Notes: generated by a model from the sequence alone, not told the origin. DNA of 64,000 bases from an uncultured Acidobacteriaceae bacterium (GCA_963776265.1 CAVZMD010000012.1:37351-101350), one strand, 5' to 3'; positions 21,778 through 32,763 are shown, numbered from the stretch's first letter. A program made the numbers and translations.

Positions 21778-22710
21778 ATGGCCCCATTGATCCAAGCCGA
21801 TGAGCTGGTGCAGATTGATCTCGCGCCGCGCAAGCCGATGCCGAAACCGGAGTGGCTGAAGGCGCGGGCGCCGATGGGCGAGACCTTTCACTCGCTGAAG
21901 AAACTGGCGCGTGATTTGAATCTGCATACAGTGTGCGAGAGCGCGCACTGCCCGAACATCGGCGAGTGCTGGAATCACAAGACCGCGACGTTCATGATGC
22001 TGGGCAACCTGTGCACGCGGCGGTGCGGATTCTGTGCAGTGCCAAAGGGCAGGCCGGAGCCGATTGATCACTCGGAGCCGGAACGCGTGGCGTATGCGGT
22101 GGCGTCGCTGGGGCTGAAGCATGCGGTGATTACGAGCGTGAACCGCGACGACGACAACATTGGCGCGGCGCTGGCGTTTGTGAATGTGATCAAGGAGATT
22201 CGGCGACAGGCTCCGGGGTGCCGGGTGGAGGTGCTGACGCCGGACTTCCAGGGTGTGGATGAGGCGCGACGGATGGTCGTCGAGGCGCGGCCCGAGGTGC
22301 TGAATCACAACATCGAGACGGTGCCGCGGCTGTATCGCGTGGCGAAGTCGGGTGGGCGGTACGAGCGTTCGCTGCGGTTTCTGGAGGCGGCGAAGGAAGA
22401 GTCTGCGGCGCATCCGGATGGCCCGATTGTGACGAAGACGGGCATCATTGTGGGTATGGGCGAGGAGATGCACGAGCTGCTGAGCGTGTTCCGCGATCTC
22501 GCCGGGCGGAAGGTGGATATCCTCACCATTGGGCAGTATCTGCGGCCGAGTCGCGATCATCTGCCGATGGCGCGGTACTACACGCCGGATGAGTTTGCGT
22601 TCCTGAAGCATGAGGCGCTGGGGATGGGCTTCCGGCATGTGGAGTCGGGGCCGCTGGTGCGTTCGAGCTATCACGCGCATGAGCAAGCGCAGTCGACGGG
22701 CCTGGCGTAG
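21778..22710 (+). CDS. lipA: Lipoyl synthase
   Basis: TVCESAHCPNIGEC, CTRRCGFC, NHNIETV, GQYL, SGPLVRSSYHA. Confidence 0.98.
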   Translation: MAPLIQADELVQIDLAPRKPMPKPEWLKARAPMGETFHSLKKLARDLNLHTVCESAHCPNIGECWNHKTATFMMLGNLCTRRCGFCAVPKGRPEPIDHSEPERVAYAVASLGLKHAVITSVNRDDDNIGAALAFVNVIKEIRRQAPGCRVEVLTPDFQGVDEARRMVVEARPEVLNHNIETVPRLYRVAKSGGRYERSLRFLEAAKEESAAHPDGPIVTKTGIIVGMGEEMHELLSVFRDLAGRKVDILTIGQYLRPSRDHLPMARYYTPDEFAFLKHEALGMGFRHVESGPLVRSSYHAHEQAQSTGLA

Positions 22711-22814
22711 TCAACGTAGACGCCAATTTCTTAAGCAAACGGCTCCCGTACAGGTTAAGGCTATCGAAACTGACAACTCAGTTGGGCCACCCGTGATGCA
22801 AGTGGGTGCTCGTG

Positions 22815-23999
22815 ATGTCCGTGTCGACAACAACTCGCGTTCCGGTCAAAATTTCCGCGTCCGCAACGCTTGCGGCGGCCTCCATAACGGAGGGACGCCT
22901 GCAGTCGCTCGATGTGCTGCGCGGCGTCACGATCGTGCTGATGATCCTGGTGAATCAGAGCGGCGATCTGGCGCACACTTATCGCCCGCTCGTGCACGCA
23001 TCGTGGAATGGCCTTACGTTCGCCGACGTCGTCTTTCCATGCTTCCTCTTTATTCTTGGCGTTTCGCTGGTGTTGTCGTTGAGCGACCGCGTGCGCCGCG
23101 GCGCCGAACGGCCGTTGCTGGTGCGGCAGGCGCTGCAGAGGGCGGCAATCCTCTTTCTTATTGGTGTGGCGCTCAACGGCTTCCCCTGGTACCAGCTCGC
23201 GAACCTCCGCATCTATGGCGTGCTGCAGCGAATCGCGTTCTGCTACCTGATTGCGGTGCTGCTGTATCTGTGGCTCAAGCCGCGGACGCTGGCAATGGTA
23301 ACGGTCGCAATTCTGCTGGGCTACTACGTGCTCCTGCGCTGGGTTCCGGTGCCGGGGTATGGCATGCCCGGCGTGCACGTCGCGTTCCTCGATCCGCAGG
23401 GCAATCTGGCGGCATGGCTCGACCGGCAGATCTTTCCCGCGAGCCATCTTTATCTCCAGGGTTTCTATGACCCGGAGGGTTTGCTAAGTTCGCTGGCGGC
23501 GCTTGCCTCGACGCTTATCGGTGTGCTGGCCGGCATCAGGTTGCTGAAGGATAAGGCCGTTTCGTTGAGGTGGATCTTCATTGCCGGAACGAGCTGCCTG
23601 GCGGCCGGCCTGCTTTGGAGCCCCTGGTTCCCGCTTAACAAGCGTCTATGGACCAGCTCGTTTGTTCTTGTGAATGGCGGCATCAGCCTGATCGTGTTCG
23701 GACTACTGCGGTGGTGGCTGGATGGGCACAGCGACCGGGGCCGCCCGCTCATTCCGTTCAGGATATTTGGTATCAATGCGCTCGCCGCATATGTCTTCTC
23801 GGATTTTCTGGCTGCCGTTGTCTCGTCGGTGCGCCTGCCCCACTCCGACATCACGGTTAAACGTTGGCTGTTCCGTCCAGTGCCCCTGTTCATTCCTAAC
23901 CGGTACTTTGCAGGTCTGGTGTGTGCAGTTTTTTACATAGGCGTCTGCTTTCTACCGGTGTGGCTGCTCTATCGAAAGCGGATCTTACTGAAGGTCTAA
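22815..23999 (+). CDS. HGSNAT-like (NagX/DUF5009-type) membrane acetyltransferase
   Basis: RLQSLDVLRG; HASWNGLTFADVVFPCFLF; GVLQRIA; DPEGLLS; PLNKRLWTSSFVL. Confidence 0.9.
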   Translation: MSVSTTTRVPVKISASATLAAASITEGRLQSLDVLRGVTIVLMILVNQSGDLAHTYRPLVHASWNGLTFADVVFPCFLFILGVSLVLSLSDRVRRGAERPLLVRQALQRAAILFLIGVALNGFPWYQLANLRIYGVLQRIAFCYLIAVLLYLWLKPRTLAMVTVAILLGYYVLLRWVPVPGYGMPGVHVAFLDPQGNLAAWLDRQIFPASHLYLQGFYDPEGLLSSLAALASTLIGVLAGIRLLKDKAVSLRWIFIAGTSCLAAGLLWSPWFPLNKRLWTSSFVLVNGGISLIVFGLLRWWLDGHSDRGRPLIPFRIFGINALAAYVFSDFLAAVVSSVRLPHSDITVKRWLFRPVPLFIPNRYFAGLVCAVFYIGVCFLPVWLLYRKRILLKV

Positions 24000-24042
24000 C
24001 GGTGCTTCCTGAGATGTCCCGGCGGGCGTGCCGGATGATGTG

Positions 24043-24063
24043 ACAATTTTTTCAAAAAATTGT
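24043..24063. promoter_or_regulatory. Perfect 21-bp AT-rich palindrome, candidate operator
   Basis: ACAATTTTTT-C-AAAAAATTGT about 80 bp upstream of the 24142 ATG. Confidence 0.5.
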
Positions 24064-24141
24064 TGGCCCCTTTTTTGAGGCGATCTCGCTTTATCGGGTG
24101 TAGGCGGTTGAAAGACGCCGCCTCCCCGAGGAGAAGTCGCC

Positions 24142-24606
24142 ATGCAAGTTCCTGCTGCTGACAAGGCTCGTGTTGCTCTCATCGTTGCTTTCGCCACTCT
24201 TCTTGCGGGGCAGACGGCGAGGGCGCAGGCGCCCGATCACGGGGTGATCGCCAACATTCCGTTTGCGTTTCAGATCGGCTCCTGCTATCTGCCCGCCGGC
24301 ACCTACAGGATCAAGATGCAGGGTAATGATTTTCTGTCGATCCAGGGCGACTCGGGTGCAGCCGTAATGCTGGTGGCCTGGGAGTCGGCCAACAAACCGT
24401 CCGCCGACAGTGCGATTGTGTTTCATCACTATCGCAACCAGTACTTCCTGCGGGAGATTCGCACGGAAGGAAATCAAGGGTACCTTTGGTCCAGCGAAAC
24501 GAAGGCCGAGCGCCGGGCGAAGCTTGAGCAAGACGCCTCTAATCCGAATTCAGGTCCCCGGGAAGACGCGAAAGTGGAGATCGCGCTGCTGACTCCACCC
24601 AGATAG
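24142..24606 (+). CDS. Secreted small beta-rich hypothetical protein (acidobacterial family)
   Basis: Signal peptide; ANIPFAFQIG..LPAGTYRI; IVFHHYRNQYFLREI; GAGGAG SD. Confidence 0.8.
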   Translation: MQVPAADKARVALIVAFATLLAGQTARAQAPDHGVIANIPFAFQIGSCYLPAGTYRIKMQGNDFLSIQGDSGAAVMLVAWESANKPSADSAIVFHHYRNQYFLREIRTEGNQGYLWSSETKAERRAKLEQDASNPNSGPREDAKVEIALLTPPR

Positions 24607-24635
24607 TTATCTTCTGAAGTCTTCAAATGAGGGAG

Positions 24636-24682
24636 GGGAACGCGGGAATCTCAATGGAGGTGATTCCCGCATTTCCTTTTGC
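24636..24682 (+). terminator. Intrinsic terminator
   Basis: GCGGGAATC...GATTCCCGC stem followed by T-rich run. Confidence 0.6.
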
Positions 24683-24802
24683 ATCATTTTGTTTTTGGAT
24701 TGTGAAGGTTTGTTGCACAGACGATGTTCCGGCTCCGTCCCCGACCGCCACATGGATGTATGCTCAGTCATTGATTGAGCGGTTGGGGAAGGAGCCGTGC
24801 CG

Positions 24803-26152
24803 ATGCGTGTTGGCCTGATGACCCGTGAGTATCCGCCGTATGTCTACGGCGGCGCCGGTGTGCATGTCGAGTATCTGTCACGCGAGATGGCGAAGACCAT
24901 CGCGGTGGAGGTGCATGCGTGGGGAGCGCCGCCGGAGAACGGGCGCGAGCCTGAACGCCCAGCGCTCGAGGAGCCGATTGGGAAAAACCTCGAGGTGTAT
25001 TTCGAGCAGCCGTGGGATGCCATCACGAACGGAACGACGGCGAAGTTCAAGGGAGCGCTGGAAGCGCTGTCGTTGAACTTGCTCGAGCAGCTTCATCTTG
25101 AGAAGGTGGATGTCGTCCACACGCACACATGGTATGTGTCGATGGCGGGGTTCCTGGCGAAGAAGCTGTATGGGGTTCCGTTTGTGCTGACAACACATTC
25201 GCTGGAGCCGCTGCGCGCATGGAAGGCCGAGCAGCTGGGATCAGGTTATGCGCTGAGCTCGTGGATGGAGCGCACGGCGATTCTGGATGCGGACGCCATT
25301 ATCGCGGTCTCGAACGGGACCAAGGAGGACATTCAGCGCGCGTATCCGGATGTCGATGCGAAGAAGATTCATGTGATCTACAACGGCATCGATCTGCAGC
25401 AGTACAGGTGGACAGAGGACACGACGGCGCTTAGGAAGTACGGAGTGGATCCTTCTCTGCCCTACGTGCTGTTTGTGGGCAGGATTACGCGGCAGAAGGG
25501 CGTAACGCATCTTGTAGACGCGATCAAATATCTGCCGGAGGGGACGCAGGTGGTGCTCTGCGCGGGAGCCCCGGATACACCGGAGATTGCGGCGGAGATG
25601 CGTGCGAAGGTGGAGGCGGCGCGGCAGATGACTCCCTTGAGTCAGAGGGCTGCGGTGGAGAACTTCACGCCGCCTGGTGTTGAGCCCGCTGGACACTCGA
25701 TTGCGACGGGTGATCCTTTGGGAGTGGGGCACAACATCGTGTGGATCGAACAGATGGTCACCAAGCAGGAGGCGATTCAGCTGTACTCGCACTGCGCGGT
25801 CTTCTGCTGCCCGAGTGTGTATGAGCCGTTCGGGATTATCAACCTGGAAGCAATGGCGTGCAGGGCACCGGTGGTGGCGTCGGCGACGGGCGGGATCCTG
25901 GAGGTGGTAGTCGACGGCGACACGGGATATCTGGTGCCGTTTGTTGCGGACAAGACGACGGGATTTCCGACTGAGCCGGAGCAGTTCAGCCGCGATCTGG
26001 CGACCCGAATCACGGAGTTGCTGGACGATCCGAAGAAGGCCAGGGCGATGGGCGAGGCCGGGCGCAAGCGCGCCGAAGAGCACTTCTCGTGGACTGCGAT
26101 TGCGGCGCAAACCATTGATCTGTATCGCAGTTTGATGGCGTCACGGAAGTAA
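24803..26152 (+). CDS. glgA: GT4 glycosyltransferase, GlgM/actinobacterial-type GlgA (maltose-1-phosphate synthase-like)
   Basis: TREYPPYVYGGAGVHV; HTHTWY; HSLEPLRAWKAEQLG; FVGRITRQKG; YEPFGIINLEAMAC. Confidence 0.9.
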   Translation: MRVGLMTREYPPYVYGGAGVHVEYLSREMAKTIAVEVHAWGAPPENGREPERPALEEPIGKNLEVYFEQPWDAITNGTTAKFKGALEALSLNLLEQLHLEKVDVVHTHTWYVSMAGFLAKKLYGVPFVLTTHSLEPLRAWKAEQLGSGYALSSWMERTAILDADAIIAVSNGTKEDIQRAYPDVDAKKIHVIYNGIDLQQYRWTEDTTALRKYGVDPSLPYVLFVGRITRQKGVTHLVDAIKYLPEGTQVVLCAGAPDTPEIAAEMRAKVEAARQMTPLSQRAAVENFTPPGVEPAGHSIATGDPLGVGHNIVWIEQMVTKQEAIQLYSHCAVFCCPSVYEPFGIINLEAMACRAPVVASATGGILEVVVDGDTGYLVPFVADKTTGFPTEPEQFSRDLATRITELLDDPKKARAMGEAGRKRAEEHFSWTAIAAQTIDLYRSLMASRK

Positions 26153-26261
26153 TGCGTGTGACGGTCGCGTAAGGATGCGGCGCTGCGAAGAGGACTATAC
26201 TAGAGGTACTGGGCGCTCCTGACGCAGCCGGGCGCTACTTTGCTTTTTACTGGAGTCAGTT

Positions 26262-27249
26262 ATGGCGAACCTTCTCGATCAGCTCAAGTCGATGACCACG
26301 GTCGTTTCGGATACGGGCGATATTAATGCGATTAAGCAGTACAAGCCGACCGATGCGACGACGAATCCTTCGCTGATCGCCACCGCCGCCGGGATGCCGG
26401 AGTACCAGAAGATTGTCGACGACGTGCTGGAAACGGCGCGCAAGAAGCTGGGCGATAAGGCGAGCGACGAGGATGTGGCCAAGGCTGCTTTCAAGACACT
26501 CGCGGTGGCCTTCGGCCGCAAGATTCTGGACATCGTTCCGGGCCGTGTTTCGACCGAGGTGGACGCGCGTCTGAGCTATGACATCGGAGGGTCGATTGCA
26601 GCGGCGCACGACATCATCCAGCAGTACGAGCAGGCGGGGATCAGCCGCGAGCGCGTGCTGATCAAGCTGGCGTCGACGTGGGAGGGCATTCGCGCGGCCG
26701 AGCAGTCTGGAGAAGGAAGGCATTCACTGCAACATGACGCTGCTGTTCGGCCTGCACCAGGCAGTCGCGTGCGCCGAGGCGAAGGTGACGCTGATCTCGC
26801 CGTTCGTGGGCCGCATTCTGGACTGGTACAAGAAGAACGAGCCGAGCCGGAACAACGACGGACCGAATGATCCGGGCGTGGAGTCGGTGACGGAGATCTA
26901 TCACTACTACAAGAAATTCGACTACAAGACGGTGGTGATGGGCGCGAGCTTCCGCAACTCGGAAGAGATCAAGGAACTCGCAGGCTGCGACCTGCTGACG
27001 ATCGCGCCGAAGCTGCTTGAAGAGCTGCAGGATACCGAGGGCGTGCTGCCGCGCAAACTGGATGTTGAGTCGTCGAAGAAGCTGGACATCAAGAAGATCA
27101 CGGTGGATAAGGCGACCTTCGACAAGATGCACGCGGAGAACAAGATGGCCAGCGACAAGCTGAAGGAAGGCATCGAAGGCTTCTCGAAGGCGCTGGAAGA
27201 TCTGGAGAAGATGCTGGCGAAGCGCGTGGGCGAGCTGGCAAAGGTGTAA
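26262..27249 (+). CDS. tal: Transaldolase (frameshift ~26706)
   Basis: [59 protein letters not shown]. Confidence 0.97.
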
Positions 27250-27272
27250 TGCTGGTTCCAGCTTTTAGTTTG

Positions 27273-27299
27273 AAAGGCCGCTCGGTTGAGCGGCCTTTT
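27273..27299. terminator. Bidirectional intrinsic terminator
   Basis: AAAGGCCGCTC-GGTT-GAGCGGCCTTTT between convergent genes. Confidence 0.8.
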
Positions 27300-27310
27300 G
27301 CTTGGTAGCA

Positions 27311-28493
27311 TCAGCGGCGGCGCAAGCCGAGGAGGCTCAAGAAGAAGCTGGCGAAACAGACCTCGGTGCCGAGCATGAGGCAGAGCATTGCGGGCAGTGT
27401 GTGGCGCATCATCTCGACGGGCGGCAGCGGGCCGTAGCCGGTGTGTGCCCACGATACGACGGACGAGATCGCGATGCCGAGGCCTAGCAGCAGCAGCAGC
27501 ACGCCGGCGACGAGGCCGGTCTCAAGCGTGATGTAGCGGAACCAGCGATCGAAGCCGGGATCTTCGGGCAGCAGGCCTTCGGTGATGGCGAAAACCTTTG
27601 CCGCAACACCGAAGAAGACGAGCTGGAAGCCAAGCAGCACAGCAGCTGCGGCGTAGGCAAGCGTATCGACGCCGAGATTGACGTGACCGAGCGGGCGTTC
27701 TGCGGGGAGCAGCCAGACCATCAGCGCGAGACCGAGAATCATGAGCGCGAGCCCCGGAATGAGGAAGAGCCAGCGCGGCGAGTACATCAGCAGGAAGCGC
27801 AGGTGACGCCAGCCATCGCGCCAGGTGCGCAGGTGAGGCGGTCGGCTGCGGCCATCCTTTTTGAGCGTGGTGGGAACCTCGACCATGCGCTGGCCGAACA
27901 GTGCGGATTTGACCACCATCTCGCTGGCGAACTCCATGCCGGTGGTGCGAAGGTCGAGGCGTTTGTAGGCGTCGACGGAGAAGGCGCGGATGCCGCAGTG
28001 AAAATCGCCGATCGGCGTGCGGAACAGCCAGCGGCCGAGGAAGCTGAGCACCGGGTTGCCGAGATACCTGTGCAGCGGACGGCATCGCGCCGGGGCCGAT
28101 GCCGCCGCGAAAGCGATTGCCCATGACGAGGTCGGCGCCATTGCGGAGCTCGGCGAGGAATCGCGGCGCGTGCGCGAAGTCGTAGCTGTCGTCGGCGTCT
28201 GCCATCAGCACATACTGACTTCTAGCTGCAAGGATGCCAGCGTTGAGCGCGGCGCCGTAGCCGCGGATGGGCACGGGGACAAGGCGCGCTCCGTGGTCGT
28301 GCGCAATCTGCTGCGAGCCATCGGTCGAACCGTTATCGGCAACAATGACTTCGCCGGCGATGCCATTGCTGCTTAACGCGGCGTTCGCCTTGTCAATGCA
28401 GGTGGCGAGCGTCTCGGCCTCATTGAGACAAGGCATGACGATGGTGAGTTCGAGCGGCGATTCGGCCGCGATGGGTGATGCGGTGGAACTCAT
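27311..28493 (-). CDS. GT2 polyprenol-phosphate glycosyltransferase (DPM1-like) with C-terminal TM domain (frameshift ~28080)
   Basis: VMPCLNEAET, ADNGSTDGS, MADADDSYD, GMEFASEMVVK, PHLRTWRDGWRHLRF. Confidence 0.92.
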
Positions 28494-30337
28494 GGACCTC
28501 CCTCGCGCGTCGTGTTCCACGGCAGGGTCGAAGTTGCGGGTGGCTGGCTTGCACCTGGTGTCAGGGTATCGCGAACGGCGAGGGGATAGGCGTAGAGGTC
28601 GGTATTGTCGAGACGAATCCAGCCCTGCGCGGCGGCAGGGTCGTTACTCAGCGACGCGGGGTCAAACTGCGCGACGAGAACCTTGGCATTCTGTCCGCGG
28701 AGAATGTCGAGCACCTGTGCGCGGTTGGGCAATCCAGCCCACTGACGGAAGAGTTCACCGTTAGGGTTGTAGACCTCGGTGAGGATGCGCACGCCGGCGA
28801 GCCGCGCCCAATAGTTCTGGTTGAGGCATGCGTAGCCGCCCATGCAGGCGACCTCGTCGCCGGGTTTCACCCCGAGCTGTTGCAGGGATTGCGCGGCGCC
28901 GAACATTTCCTCGTTGTACCAGGGGTGGGGAAGCGCGGTTTCGTAGCGGCGATGTTCGAGCGCAAGGCGAAGGCTTTCGCCAGCGGCGAGGAAGGCTAAT
29001 AGCACAATCATCGCCGTGGAAGCGGAGGGCAGCCACGACGAGGGTGTTGTGCCGAACTCGTCGGCTTCTGGCTGCGGTGCGTGCAAAGCCGCGAAGATCG
29101 GCAGCAGAACGACGAGATAGGCGAGCGTGACGTAGCGCTCCTCGACATTGACGAGACCGTAGAGAATCCACATTGCGAGGCCGAGCAGAATCATCGGCAG
29201 CCAGAAGTTGTCCCGGCGCCAGTTGCCGAAGCGCAGACGCGCGCCCAGGACGATAAGCAACAGCAACAGGATCCACGCCTCCGGGTGGTTGAAGAGGTAG
29301 CGGATGACGAGCACGGCATTGCGCGCGTCGCGGTGCAACAGCACCGGCGGGTTCAGGTGCGGAATGATGCGCTCGTTGAAGTATGTGGTGTCGAACCAGT
29401 CGGGATAGGTGCCGTAAGGTTCCGCGCGGTAGCTGTAGATGCCGGGTGAGGCGAGGAGTTGCTGCTCGGGGTGAATAAGGTGCACGGTGGCAGGGCCGAA
29501 GCTCGAGGTCATCCACGGCTCGAGGTGCATCTTTTCGACACCGCCCACATACCACGCGTAGTTGAGCGCGCCGGAGTCGCCAAAATCGAAGCGATGCTTC
29601 TGGTGCGAGAGTGCGGCGATGTACGGGCCGGCCACTACGCCGAAGACAAGCAGCGCGAGTGCGGCGTTCGTGATTGCACGCGAGAGTGTCCGCCGCTGCA
29701 GCCAGAACTGAAACAGGAACATCACGCCGATTGAAAGCAACGCCACGACAAAGGCGAAGGACTTTGTAAGATATGCGAGGCCGAAGAAGAGGCCCATCAG
29801 CGGAGCGTAGATCAGGCTCTCGGTTGCAAGTGCACTCAACATCATTGCGAAGGCGAGCAGCATGAGCGCCTGCAGGAGTGCGTCGGGGCGAACGAGACCA
29901 ATCGCGAGCTCACGCTGCGAGGCGATGACAACGAGTGCCGCGCCAAGGAGAGCAAGTACTTCACGTGAGAGCAGGGGCGGTGCGCTGTCGCTGAGCGAGC
30001 GTGTACGCAGGCGGTCGAGGGCGTAGACGAACACCACCATCGCGATGAGCTCAAGAAGAAAGATCGCGTAGTTGGCCGCATAGTATGCGGGAATCTCGTT
30101 CCATCGCGAAGGATGAAAGATGATCTGCGCCACGGCAAGCACAGCGGGGTAGAGAGGATGCCAGTAGCCGTTGATCGCACCGGCCCAGCGATGCGCGTGC
30201 AGCAGGTCGGCGATGTCCATGTAGGAGACTGCATCGCCGTCCAGCAGGAAGGGCTCATATTTCATCGCCAGCCAGCCGATCGGAACCAGAAGAAGAAGGT
30301 AGACGATCAGCAGCTTGCGCAGGCGCGACTGGGACAT
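28490..30337 (-). CDS. Polytopic membrane protein, GT-C glycosyltransferase candidate
   Basis: DGDAVSYMDIA loop; NGYWHPLYP; RPDALL; LAYLTKS; EERY; stop overlaps the GT2 start. Confidence 0.7.
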   Translation of the reverse strand: MSQSRLRKLLIVYLLLLVPIGWLAMKYEPFLLDGDAVSYMDIADLLHAHRWAGAINGYWHPLYPAVLAVAQIIFHPSRWNEIPAYYAANYAIFLLELIAMVVFVYALDRLRTRSLSDSAPPLLSREVLALLGAALVVIASQRELAIGLVRPDALLQALMLLAFAMMLSALATESLIYAPLMGLFFGLAYLTKSFAFVVALLSIGVMFLFQFWLQRRTLSRAITNAALALLVFGVVAGPYIAALSHQKHRFDFGDSGALNYAWYVGGVEKMHLEPWMTSSFGPATVHLIHPEQQLLASPGIYSYRAEPYGTYPDWFDTTYFNERIIPHLNPPVLLHRDARNAVLVIRYLFNHPEAWILLLLLIVLGARLRFGNWRRDNFWLPMILLGLAMWILYGLVNVEERYVTLAYLVVLLPIFAALHAPQPEADEFGTTPSSWLPSASTAMIVLLAFLAAGESLRLALEHRRYETALPHPWYNEEMFGAAQSLQQLGVKPGDEVACMGGYACLNQNYWARLAGVRILTEVYNPNGELFRQWAGLPNRAQVLDILRGQNAKVLVAQFDPASLSNDPAAAQGWIRLDNTDLYAYPLAVRDTLTPGASQPPATSTLPWNTTREGGP

Positions 30338-30400
30338 CCAGGGGCTCCGGGTGCTGGGTTAAGGATACCTTGTGGCGCGCATGAGCTCAGATGTTTTGCG

Positions 30401-31961
30401 CTACAGGATGTAACGGCTGAGGTCCTGATTTTTCACGATGCTGGCGACCTGCTGCTGGACGTACTCGCGGGTCACGGTGAGGACCTTTTCGGTGGCGCCT
30501 TTGTCGTTGCTGCGCTCGTGCAGCGTCGGAAGGTTGGGCTGTTTGGTGTCAGGCTGCGAGTCGTGCAGCAGCCAGTGGGAGGCTTCACGAGGTCGGGCGC
30601 GTGGAAGCTGATCTCGTCGAGCACCTTCTCCATGATGGTGTGCAGCCGGCGCGCGCCGATGTTCTCCGTGTTCTCGTTCACCTGGAAGGCGAAGCGGGCC
30701 ATCTCCTCGAGTGCCTCGGGCGCGAACTCAAGCTTGAGGCCCTCGGTTTCGAGCAGCGCGATGGACTGCTTCACCAGAGAGGCGCGCGGCTCGGTCAGGA
30801 TGCGGAGGAAGTCGCCCACGGTGAGCGGCTTCAGCTCGACGCGGATGGGGAAGCGTCCCTGCAACTCAGGGATAAGGTCCGAGGGTTTGGAAACGTGGAA
30901 GGCGCCTGCGGCGATGAAGAGAATATGGTCGGTCGCGACAAAGCCATATTTCGTGTTGACCGTCGTGCCTTCGACAATCGGAAGGATGTCGCGCTGCACG
31001 CCCTCGCGCGAGATGTCGGGACCGTGGCCGCCTTCGCGGCCGGCTATCTTGTCGATCTCGTCGAGGAAGACGATGCCGGAATCCTCGACGCGCTCGACGG
31101 CGACGCGCGTGACCTGGTCCATGTCCAACAGGCGTGATTCTTCTTCCTGGACGAGATAGTCGAAGGCCTCGGCGACCTTCAGTCTGGCGCTTGCGCGTGC
31201 GCTGTGAGAGCAGCCCGGAGAGCATGTCGCGCAGTCCGCTCGTAGTCCATTTCGTCCGGCGGCTGGTTGGAAAGGATTTCGATCTGCGGTTGGCCGCGGT
31301 CGCGTGTCTCGAGTTCGACGAGCCGGTCGTCGAGGCGGCCCTCGCGGAACTGCTGGCGCAGACGTTCGCGCTCGCGGGTGCGGTCGTTGTCGGTTGGCAC
31401 GAGCAACGGTTGGCGCGTGTCTTCGACGCCCTCCTGTCCGGCGATGAACGCAGCCTGCGGCTGCGCGGTTCTGTCGGCGGTCGCGGGTGGGGTGGCACTG
31501 GGCTGCATCAGCAGCATCTCGAGCAGGCGGTCTTCGGCGGAGAGCTCGGCGCGATCTTCGATCTCCTCGAGCTTCTCCTCGCGCACCATGTCGATGGCCA
31601 CCTCGACGAGATCGCGCACGATGGATTCGACGTCCCGGCCGACGTAGCCAACCTCGGTGAACTTCGAGGCCTCGACCTTCAGGAAGGGGGAGTTGGTCAG
31701 CTTCGCGAGCCGTCGCGCAATCTCAGTTTTACCGACGCCGGTAGACCCGATCATGAGGATGTTCTTCGGCATGATCTCCTCGGCCAGCTCGGGCGGGAGC
31801 TTCTGACGGCGCGTCCGATTGCGCAATGCGATGGCAACCGCGCGCTTGGCGGCGGCCTGACCGATGACGTACTTGTCGAGCTCAGCGACGGTCTCGCGGG
31901 GCGTCAGCTCTTCGAGCGAGAGCGGCTGGTCTTCTGCGGTGCCGGGGAGGTAAATAGCCAT
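30401..31961 (-). CDS. hslU: ATP-dependent protease ATPase subunit HslU (frameshifts ~31180-31250 and ~30500-30570)
   Basis: [59 protein letters not shown]-terminal DLSRYIL. Confidence 0.97.
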
Positions 31962-31985
31962 CGATGCTTTATTGTCCTGAGTCTG

Positions 31986-32642
31986 TTAGGCGTTGATCTC
32001 TTCGATCACGATGCTCTGGTTGGAGTAGATGCAGATGTCAGCCGCAATCTTCATGCTGCGTTCGACGATCTCGCGCGCGGATAACTCGGTGTTTTCCATC
32101 AGCGCGGTTGCCGCGGCCAGCGCAAAGCTGCCGCCGGAGCCGATGGTCGCGATGGTGCCGTTGCCGATAGGATCCGGTTCGATGACGTCGCCGTCGCCGG
32201 AGAGTACGAACATCTGCTTGCCGTCGGCGACGATGAGCAGTGCCTGAAGCTGGCGCAGCAGCTTGTCGGTGCGCCAGTCCTTGGCGAGTTCGACGGCGGA
32301 GCGGCCGAGGTTGCCGCTGTACTGCTCGAGCTTCGCCTCAAAGCGCGTGAAGAGGGAGAAGGCGTCGGCCGTGGAGCCCGCAAAGCCGGCGAGAACCTTG
32401 TCGTTGTAGAGCCTACGGATCTTCCGCGCGGTGTGCTTCATCACCGTGGAGCCGAGCGTGACCTGGCCGTCGGCCGCCATCACCATCGCGCCGCCGCGCT
32501 GCACGCACAGCACGGTCGTGGAGCGAACACGACGTCCCTCGCCGAGGTCAAGGGGCGGTGGTGTCACGTGGTGCGACACGGTTGGGTGATTGCCGGAATG
32601 CTGCCTGCGCCGTGATCCTGTACCTGAAGTTCTTTCACTCAT
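31986..32642 (-). CDS. hslV: ATP-dependent protease peptidase subunit HslV with N-terminal extension
   Basis: [40 protein letters not shown]; start uncertain. Confidence 0.95.
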   Translation of the reverse strand: MSERTSGTGSRRRQHSGNHPTVSHHVTPPPLDLGEGRRVRSTTVLCVQRGGAMVMAADGQVTLGSTVMKHTARKIRRLYNDKVLAGFAGSTADAFSLFTRFEAKLEQYSGNLGRSAVELAKDWRTDKLLRQLQALLIVADGKQMFVLSGDGDVIEPDPIGNGTIATIGSGGSFALAAATALMENTELSAREIVERSMKIAADICIYSNQSIVIEEINA

Positions 32643-32763
32643 GAGCAACCTGAAGTATATCGCCGCACCACAACGGATTCCCCTTCCTGTGGCTGGCGTA
32701 GCACTCGCACTCGCGGCCTGCGCTATGCTCATCTCATCCCCCGTGAGGCCCTCGATCCAGCAC

